Positions 26,649 through 36,075 of a DNA stretch of 64,000 nucleotides are shown in pieces. Under the pieces are notes generated by a model that was not told the origin of the DNA, did no database searches, and saw only the letters and a program-made list of their open reading frames with translations. The first letter of the stretch is position 1, and each line of letters starts with the position of its first letter. Position numbers and translations under genes: made by a program. The DNA is from Callorhinchus milii (Eukaryota). Location of the stretch: positions 46,006,001-46,070,000 of the forward strand of contig NW_024704742.1 in the NCBI RefSeq assembly GCF_018977255.1, given 5' to 3'.

Positions 26649-27090
26649 TCAAACCAGAGTGTAGAGTTGTCGTTTAACCCAGCAACAGAGAGCCAGCATA
26701 ACATGGCCATTACCACTTGTACACACACCAGTACCACCACCGGATGTATCACCATGTTTTAAGATTCTAGTGGATGTCGGATACCAGCAAGTACTCCCAC
26801 CAGGAATGTTTGACATCATGCTCAATCTTTACCTGCAATAACTTGATCTTATCTAAGGCATCCGTAGTTTCAACGCTCAATTTCCAGTCTGCCTCTTTCA
26901 ATTTGATCAGTTGTTTCTTGAGTTCTTTATTGTCTGTCAATTGTTTAATTTTCTCAAAATTAAATCCCAGATTCATTTTTGTTATGTATAGTTAAATTTT
27001 TCTATCGTCTTATCCCATCTATACCATTCAGGAACAGTCATATCCTGCCCTTCACAAATCCTTACATTGCGGGCTCCATTAATACAAGAT
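26649..27090 (-). pseudogene. env: Retroviral env C-terminal remnant (heptad repeat, Trp-rich membrane-proximal region, TM)
   Basis: With frameshifts: CINGARNVRICEGQD...MNLGFNFEKIKQLTDNKELKKQLIKLKEADWKLSVETTDALDKIKLLQVKIEHDVKHSWWEYL / WYPTSTRIL / MVIHPVVVLVCVQVVMAM / MLALCCWVKRQLYTLV*. It lies downstream of LTR-PBS-SD on the same strand. Confidence 0.8.
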
Positions 27091-28299
27091 AATATAACAT
27101 TACTACATTTGTTCTATAACACAACATACCTAAAACCCACATAAAACCAAAATGTTCACAACCATTAGCCTTCTGAAGCCTTTGTCAAAAGTACATGATG
27201 TTGTACAGTTCCACTTCAGGCTTCCCTCTCGATTCCCTTTCATATCGATCCCGTCACCTCGGCTCACATCACATGTCCAGAATTACTCAGCCTTTGCTTT
27301 TCCATTTGGTTGTTTTGTTCTGGAGTGACAATTGGTCTCTGGTGCTGTATGGATCTGAGCACAGACAGCGGACATATTCCCAGCACCAGCAGCCATTTTG
27401 TTAGCATCTTCCACAGCTGTGAGAGCTAAACATCCAGACTTCACATCCACTTTTAACTAATTCATGTGATACCATCGATCTCTGTATTTGTCTCTGCTGA
27501 GCTCAATGAGCAGTTGGTAAACACAGAGACTCGCCTTATCTTAGAAAGATTCCTAAAAATACACAAAAGAGACTGAAATGAAAACCAAATTCTCTCCAAG
27601 CAGCCTTGCTGGCCAGCATTAAAAACAGTGTTGTGCTCCTTTTGTTTTTTTAAACACTCCTTTATCTGTCGCTTGCTTGCTACTCAAGATTACACAAACC
27701 AAAAAAAGTGCTCGCAGTCAGTGATTCTAAAAGCTGCGCAGTCAGTGGCTGCAGTTAGTGATTTTAAAGCTGTTCGCAGTCAAGTGATTTTAATTTCAGA
27801 GTGAAAAGGAATAAACATGAAATAACGTTATTGTACTAGCCAAGGGAAGTTGAGGATAAAGAACAAATTGATATCAATTAAGAACATACAAACCAAATCA
27901 TGTTCATTGTTCGCAATAAGCTCTAGAACCATAAGTCTGAGAAGTTAAGGTCAGGGATACGGGGAGGAAAGACAGGGTAGAGTTGAAGAACAAAGAGGGT
28001 GAGGGCATTCATGACAGTCGTTTTAACCCATGCTGCTCTCTCGCGCTCTCTTTCTTTCAGCTTGTCACATTCTCTGCTGTATAGCCTTTCTTTCCCTTTT
28101 CTTTACCTTATTATTATCCAGTTGTTTCTTTAAAAGCTTCCTTTAGTTTGTATGATACCTCATTGTCTAGACACAATCCCTGTAGTAAGTACATCTCCAA
28201 TTTACTATCCTTAATTTTTTGATTAATGAAGTCTCCCATTGTCTTCTCTATGTCTACCCATGTAGCCCCAACTAGTTAATCCATTCATCCGCTAATAAT

Positions 28300-28437
28300 A
28301 GATAATTGTCTGTGGAGGACAAGGTTGCAGGGCTACGGTGAGAGAGGAGGGGAGTGAGATTGATTTGGATAGTTATTTTCAATGAGCCGGCGCAGACACA
28401 ATGGGCCAAATGCTATATAATTCTATGATTCTATGAT
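28300..28437 (+). mobile_element. CR1 3' end inserted in the leader of element 2
   Basis: gcagggctacggtgagagagg...attctatgattctatga; matches the CR1 end at 63640-63760. Confidence 0.8.
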
Positions 28438-28591
28438 CTAGATTTTTGGGCACAACCATAGTGTCGAATCTTTCTAATCTACCTGAATCCATCCCTTGTA
28501 ACTCGATTGCAATTCTTGACTAACAGGTATACTCACATCTCCTCAGGTTGGTCCACCAAACTGAGAAATGTCTCTTCAGGTTGTTTCACGA

Positions 28592-28609
28592 ATCCGGGTC
28601 ACGGCACCA
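28592..28609 (-). promoter_or_regulatory. Primer-binding site complementary to the tRNA-His 3' end
   Basis: Minus strand TGGTGCCGTGACCCGGAT(TCG), 3 nt from the LTR-terminal CA. The plus strand reads as the tRNA-His end ..CGAATCCG(G/A)GTCACGGCACCA including CCA. Confidence 0.9.
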
Positions 28610-28612
28610 ATA

Positions 28613-28964
28613 TGTTAACCTCGTCCCCCAAGGTTTTATTACAAATGGTGCAGGTGATCAAGCTATACAAATTGTAAGGATCATGTCAGGATTCTTTGAC
28701 TGTTCCGCTCCCTTCTGACTTCCATCTTGTCGCTTTATTCCTACGTTCTCAGCTTGTCCTGCTCCCCCCCCCTCTCTCTCTTCTTCTACATTCTCCTACA
28801 TTCTCCCTTCATCTCCCACAATCTCCCAACAGCTCCTACATTCTCGGATTATTCTGCTCCCCTCAGGTCCCAACAATTACTGGAAAAAACTCTTCCTTAT
28901 ATCCTAAACTATCCCAAACTTGCTTTCTGCAGAACCCTGAGAACCTTGTGATGTGATTCCTACA
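28613..28964 (-). mobile_element. 5' LTR of element 2
   Basis: Minus strand TGTAGG...TTAACA, TATAAG at about 28896-28901, AATAAA at 28734-28739 and 28635-28640, directly adjacent to the PBS. The outer boundary is inferred from TG..CA only. Confidence 0.75.
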
Positions 28965-28989
28965 AGGCACCAAATTATCAATGTCAGCT

Positions 28990-29520
28990 TTTTGGCAAGG
29001 ACCTCTTTATCTTTTTCCTTGAGCTTCCATAACTAAGTCTCTCTACAATCTCTTTCACAGAGTCCCCTGGGTACCTTGTATGAATGTTACGGTCAGCAAG
29101 CATGGCCTTTCCTCTGTGTCCACTGTGGTTAATTTGTGCAGCACCGGTATATCGTTTATAGCGGAGGGAAATGTGGGAAAGGTGCAGCCACACTTTTCTA
29201 TTGGCCCAGGATATAGGTAATAATTTTCATATTCCTATTCATATTTCCCTTAAGTTAAAATTGATTTAATAAGGCCTACAAGGAAGGCGTCTCTGTAAAT
29301 GCCTTTCTCTCTGAATATTCTATGCATTGGGCAATTTTACCTTGTAAAATGTTCATAAAAAACCTGTCAGCATCACTTTAGTTTGGGAAGAGTGGCAATA
29401 GCCAGATCAATCTATTTCTGCAAAAGATCGGTGCATTGAGTTTTGACCAGTGTTCTGAGGGGAGCTGAGGGAGGTTTAACTTATGAAAAAAAATTGATCC
29501 ATTTCAGTATTTGGAGAGCT
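28990..29520 (-). pseudogene. Decayed PIF/Harbinger transposase fragment
   Basis: ORF 28984-29193 HLSHISLRYKRYTGAAQINHSGHRG...IHTRYPGDS resembles Harbinger DCTHVAIRAP...FINRKGYHS...ARYPGS. Confidence 0.5.
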
Positions 29521-32500
29521 GAACAGCCAAGGAGGTTTTGAAAGAGTAGCCTGTGCACATTTGTTTTGCGTCAGAGGTTGAAAAATGGCATATGTGAAAC
29601 AATATAAAGCTTTGGCCCTTGTCAAAGGCTATCCATCAGCACCACCTTCAATGGGTAGGGCGTATACACAGAAAGTCAAATTCCTTTACACCAGTCCAGC
29701 ACAAAGTAGATTAATGATAAAAACAGCTAGGTTGACATCTGAAGTGCTGCCCACAGCCGTGCCAATAGAAAAGAATTGGTGACTATCTGCAGTTGACAGA
29801 GAGAAATACATCACAAGCACAAATCCACTACAGGTTCCACTACATTTTTCCATTTTAAAATTCCTCATAAAATGGGTTGGTCATTGTAACATGTTATTGC
29901 TGTGCCTTATTCTTAATGAGCTAGACTAATAAGTAGGAAAAGGAAATGGATAGAAATAGTACATATATTAAAACAAATTACTGGACTGTATTTGAAAGAA
30001 AAAAAAGAATGTAAGCCTGAAAGAAAGTTACAGATGGCAACAACAACAACTTGAACAGGCATGAAGCTCATAGTACGTGGGCAACTGAATAGCTCGGGTC
30101 TTATATGTAGAAATTCATAACAGGATTTCTTAGAAATGAAACTGAAGTTAACCCATGAGAACTCTGCTCCAGAAATACAGAATGATGTAAATGCCTTTCT
30201 CTCGGAAGGAGTGCCTATTTGCATGACTCAAATTTCTTATTATAAATTATAATTATCTTTACATTTGATATAGCCCTCATCATGTCGTTGAGATATTTGA
30301 AACTGCTTCAAAGAACTTTACTGTAAAGTGCAGTGATTGTGCATTTTGTAGGCAAACATGGCAGCCAATTTGCATACAGCAATCTCCCACAAACAGCCAT
30401 GAAGTAAATAAAAAACTGTCTTCTCTTTCCAAGTAAAGCCATGGAATCTTTATGGTCCAACTGAACAGGCAGATGGGATCTCTGTTTAATATCTAATGGA
30501 GGACAGATTATTAATGAATCCGGTTAAGAAATATTGCAAATTAGACCTCAATATCAAGCATTAGTAAAAGTGCATCATTTCCATACTTTTGTCGTTGATG
30601 AAAACAATGCTCACAGAATATGACCCAACCCATGCAGGTTTCTGAAAGCTTCCATGTTAAACTTTGTACAGATTGCCCTGCAGCATTCCAGAAATGCTCT
30701 ACTGGGACCGACTGAGGAGAAAAAATAATACATTTAAATATATAAATAATAGAGATGGTGTTCTTTTAAACACAGGGAAAAGGCATTAGGCAAAGATGGC
30801 CAGGCGTGTGAGGGGTGGAAGAAAGGGGGACTTTTGTGTTTATAAATACATGCGACTAACATCAGTGAATTTATCGACCAGCAAAAATCCTTCCTAGCAT
30901 TTATAAATGTTAGTATTTGCTTGGGGGAGTGCATTTCCAACTTATTAGTAAATTCATCCTTGGAGGCACAAGCATAGTACTTTCCACTTGTCGGTAGATT
31001 TAATAACCTTACCAGTGAGTACGTACAGTGAAAATATCACATTAAGCCACCGTTCACTCACAACTACATTGTCACCTGGATTAGCCAACAGAGCAGTGTT
31101 AGCCTATAGCAGTTTAACAAATAATATTCAACAGATACTTCAGTTGAACTTCCTAACAATTTGTGCAGGCAGCAGGTTTGCATTCTGCTGAAATGTCATC
31201 TTGTTATATTTGTGCTGTGGTGCAATTGAGCACTTAGGTTTCTGAGTCAGTGAAGAAGCATTAGTGCATTTCTCGAAGAGTTTCAAGAACATTCACATCG
31301 CTTCTTTGCTTTAGTGTTTTTTATATTAAATATTAAATTGCTGATAAGCAGCTCTTTTTGTTCTTTATTTAAAAAATCAAACTTTCTATCTTTTGCATAG
31401 TTTATACTTTGCAGTGTAGAACAGTTGGGCTAAATTCATTTGCTACTTTGGCAATTTAATCTCTCCTTTACCTGGCAACATGATGACTTCCTCCCTTGGG
31501 CATCTAGTCACAGAGCAATTTCACACCTGGCAGCTAACTATAAACGTGGATTAAACTGGTCTGCAGCAACTTCAGTCAACTTTTTATACTCCATCGAGCA
31601 ATCTAAAAATAACGTTCAATTAACTCGGCAGGTAACAGCTGTTTGAGAACATTTATGTTAATAGGCAATTGAACCCACAATATTTTTTTTCCACATTACC
31701 CACAATAGGAGGCTTGAAAAATAAATGTATCTTAAAAACTGTTAAGAAGCTGTCTAAGATGATGGATAAGGTTAGAGCATGCGTATAGTGTATAGGAGGA
31801 CCTGAAGAAAGTGAAAAATAAACAATGACTTTGAGAATGTTGTAAGGTATGAATTGCAATAGTAAAGTTCAAAGCATTTACAACACAACAACGATTTACA
31901 TTTATATAGGACCATTCACGTTGAGAGGATGTTGCAAAGTGCTTTACACAACTAGTTAAAGCTATTTACACACTCATCCAAACCCTGAGTGTCCTCACTC
32001 ACATTTATTTTTTATACAATAATACAGTTGTTCTGTTTCCTTTTTAACCTTTTCTAAGCATTCTCATTAGAGATTCAATCAGGATACCATCTTATATTTC
32101 TGCTGTGAACACTAACCTCTGCCAGAATAGTGGTTGAATGCAGCCTCCAGTAAGATGGCACAAGTCCCCATTTTAGCCTCTCAGCAGTTCTGTTATTGTG
32201 CTAAATGCCACTTGATTATTGAGACAAAGAGGAGAAGGTTTCCGTGAACATAGGTAGGCTTTCAGTCATACTGCCCCCATCCAGGAGTCACTCTGACTCT
32301 CTTCCCTCACCTCATTCAAGGCATGTCTCAAAACATACCTCTTTGAGAGCGTTTTTGGTCAATCTCCTCGGCTCCCATCAACAGTTCAGGTATCCATCCA
32401 GCATTATTCAGCCCTTCCTGACATCTTCCCAATGGGAAAGGTACTATATATACACACTATATACAAATTTCATTGTATTTGTTAATAGGAAAATTAATTG

Positions 32501-33301
32501 GCTCCAATGGCTCGTAACCATTTTTTTCTAAAGAATCAGTGTCTGAGAAAACCTTTGCCTTCTCAATTTGGAGAACTAAAAAGTTATCCTCCTGCAACCA
32601 TAATGTTTCTCTCCCCTCACACATCATTCTGAGACTGTTACAGATCCATCATTAGCAATTGTTTATTTGTTAACTAAGACATAATGCAAATGCAAACACA
32701 TGCTGAAAAAACATCTTAATTCTGTTTGAATGTGACAACCACCTTCATGAAATAACACAAATTCTTTGGGCTCAGCTGCCTCATCAAACAAATCCAATAA
32801 AGAAATGACATGGAGTTTTGATGAAGATGATGTCCCTCAGTGGCTTTTTAATCTTCTCTTGTACTCCAATTATGCATCAGAAATCGATTCCTCTGAGCTC
32901 TTGTGGGCATGATCACCTGGTCAAGAGAATACATGTAATGGTAAATCTTGGAATCTGATACTTACCTAAGTGAATGCTGCATATTGTATTCAACAATAAT
33001 AATTATTACCATTATGTGGAGTTGCTGAAATAATTAAAAAGAGGAGTCAGACATAGTTATGTGTAAATGTGGACAAATCAGATTAAAGGAAAGGCAAATT
33101 TAAAGGGAATACTTATATTAGAAAATGTCATTCAAAAACATACAGTATTTATGGAAGATTTCCAGTACTAACAGTTTTTCTTTCATCTGTATTTATAAAA
33201 TTATTGCTTCCCTGTAGTAAACCTTTACAGTCTGTGTCCACCTCCTGTATTCTCAGCTGTTTCAGTTACAATATTTAATAGAACCTGAGCCTACACACTC
33301 T

Positions 33302-33316
33302 GGTTGCATAGCAACC
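33302..33316. promoter_or_regulatory. Palindromic RFX X-box-like motif
   Basis: GGTTGC-ATA-GCAACC in unique sequence; it resembles the GTTRC..GYAAC X-box. Confidence 0.45.
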
Positions 33317-33764
33317 CAAAAGTTTCATGTTTTCTTTTAGCGATCTTCAATTAATGTCCAATCCTTCATGAGTGCAAGTGCTTCTGAGCCTCCGAAAAGC
33401 CTCATTGTTCATTTGAGCTCATATAGATTCCCAGAACATTTTGCAGCATAACACAATTGTGTACCACCAAGTCTTTCAACCATAATAACAAAGAAGTTTA
33501 CAGCACAATAGGAGATCATTTGGCTCATCATATTTGTCCTGGTTCTCTAAAAGAGCTGTTTAACCTTCAGTTCACTTCAGTTCATCAGTTATTGCTTCAG
33601 GATGGTTGCACATGTAATGCATTATATTTATTTTGATTGAACACACCCTTAATGCACTGGTTCCATTTCACGAAATTCAGAAGCTGTATTTAAAGCCGTA
33701 GAATTTTTTTTAAATCATGTTTATTTTTTCTTCCAATCCCCTCTTCCTTTCATAACTTTCTGTC

Positions 33765-33990
33765 TCACCTGCTTGTTTAGGTGAACGTTAAAGATCCCAT
33801 GGCACTATTCAAAAAGAGAAGGGAGTTTCTCCAGGTTTCCTGGCCAACAATCCCCCAGATAAAATTGACCATTCACTTCATAGCTGTTTATGAGTCTTTG
33901 CACAAATTAACTCCCATATTTACTCACAAAAAACTGTACTTTATAGTATGAAGGACTTTTAGACATTTTGTTACTCAATTACTATTATTA
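33765..33990 (+). mobile_element. Deu-core SINE fragment
   Basis: Core aaagatcccatggcactattcaaaagagaagggagtttctcc..ctggccaacaatcccc. Similar copies lie at about 36345-36590, 37290-37565, 40750-40962 and 47495-47660. Confidence 0.8.
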
Positions 33991-35765
33991 TTATTTTTAT
34001 TATTATTAATGTGCCAGCACCTTAGGATGTCCTTCTGATGTGAAAGGTGCTATACAAATGTAATTTGTTATTATTATCCTCATCACAAAATGTTCTTCAT
34101 GTTGATAGATCTGTTATGGGCTACACTGGGTAAACACCAGAAAATACATGAGCAAATTTGCATTTATTTTAAACAAGTTTCTCAAGGTTCAAATTTCTCA
34201 AGTGAGAATTTATACTTGACTACAGAGACTTAATAGGGTAGGTATGAAATAGCAATTATTGCCATTTGAGGAATGTAAAAATCTTTAGCTTTTGTCATCA
34301 ATATGCTAAACAACATGGTCTATAACAGCAAAACAGTGCAGTCTGCTTTAATTGTACATTTCCATGTTGTTTCAACAAAAATACATTTATAAATGTCTAG
34401 AGTTTAAATATTTTTCCCTTCTCGTGACAGGTTCAATATTCCTAATTCACTGAATTTTTTTTGTTATTGTAGCATGATATATTTTCTCTGTAACCTCTTT
34501 TAATTAAAATCACCCGTACTATGCAGAATAAAACATACTTATTGTTTGCTTGATGACTAAAGGGGAAATGAGAAGCTTCAATGTTGCTCTGCTTCATTAT
34601 TTATTCCAATTGAAAAATGGCCAGCTATCCACATTAGTCAAATGAATGCTGTGACTAATATTTTACTATTAATTAGTATTACCATTGAAAATCAGCCTAT
34701 CTTGTCATTAACCTTAACAGTGTTCTGCAATAACCTTTTTCCTTCTTTGATTATTAGACTCTAAAGCCACTTGGGCTTTGAAGCCACACATCATTGATTG
34801 CAATGTTTCAAAGCCCAGATGTCAAAGGAATCCCATAAATCCCTCTGCTGTGCTTTCATGACTATATGTGATTGCAAAATTGTGCAAGTACTGTTCAAAT
34901 GCATTTTCACTTCAGCAGTCAAAACGTATTTTTTTTTACATTTTCTTCCAGTCACTATTATCGTTAATTTGGTTTAATGACCAGAAACGATAGTGCTCAT
35001 TCGGAATATTTTTTAAATCAGTTTCAAAATATGTCAACAAAACAGAAACAAATTGAACACATTAAACAAACTGTTCACGTTACCAATACTTGTTGTGCAA
35101 TCTAACTAAATCTGCACTTTGGCACTATTCTTTATTCACCCCAGAGTAGTTTGATTTATTTGTGCCTGAACACAGCCAGACATGAATACATTTATCAGCA
35201 CAAATCAGCAATAAGGTGGAAAAAACAGTTGTTGGGTGAATTGGGATGTACGCAGTTAATCATGTCTCTTTCAACCATTTGTAAACCATTCCTATCCTGT
35301 CTATTCAAAATAACTTAAGAAGTTGTGTATTTCATTTTAGAAGGAAGTCTATGTTCTGCTTTGTGATCAGTTACAGGAATTTGGCCTGGTTTTCTGCCTC
35401 TCCTGTGGTTCTATGGTTTCTAATGGTAAGAACAAATATTTTGTTATTTTGGGGAAGGGATCAGCCAGGAGTCTGGCACATGCGGTAGATGCATTTGTCA
35501 CCTCCTGTCTCGACTATTCCAATAGTCTCCTCGCCTGTCTCCCCACCTTCACCATTCATAACACACAATTAATTCAACACTTTGCCGCCTGTATCCTCAC
35601 CATAGTGGCCACTTAGAAACACTAGTTTAGAATTTTAAAAAATCAGCTTACAGGGAAAAATGTTAAGCGGATATCCATATCTACTTATGTTGAAAAAGAG
35701 TCTGCACCAAATTTCCTTGATCTACAATTAATGGTGAGTGAACTTCCTGAAGTTTATTCCACTGT

Positions 35766-36075
35766 GGAGTCTTGTAGCTCAGTGGTAAGAGCACTCACCT
35801 TGCAAGCGAGACACCTGGGTTCAATTTCAGGTAGGGTAAAACCTTGGCCAAGTTTTCTTATTCCACACGCCTTATAATAATCCCTTCAAAACAAAACAAT
35901 AATAAATTGGTTATTTTCAATTCACGATTGTTTGTGTGGCACTGCTGTGTGCAATTGGTTGCTGTGTTTCGCCCACAAATATACAGTCAATTCACTTTAC
36001 AGCATATTCTGTGAAGCGCTTTGAGACGTCTAGAAGATGTGGAAAGCGCTATATCAAATGCAAGGATTATTATTA
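35766..36075 (+). mobile_element. tRNA-derived SINE
   Basis: Head ggagtcttgtagctcagtggtaagagcactcaccttgcaag...ggttcaattt and (TTA)n tail. Confidence 0.9.

Larger units (their letters stand above)
26649..28964 (-). mobile_element. Deleted endogenous retrovirus, element 2 (5' LTR, PBS-His, leader, env remnant; 3' LTR missing)
   Basis: Ordered LTR, PBS, splice donor, acceptor and env remnant. About 2.3 kb in total, with no RT or integrase recognised. Confidence 0.8.

Noticed and set aside
28589..28609. tRNA-His gene
   Set aside because: Only the 3' 21 nt including CCA are present, next to an LTR end. This is a PBS, not a tRNA gene.
35766..35835. tRNA-Ala-like gene (also 6652, 12818, 48470)
   Set aside because: Each runs straight into a SINE body and has a degenerate acceptor stem.
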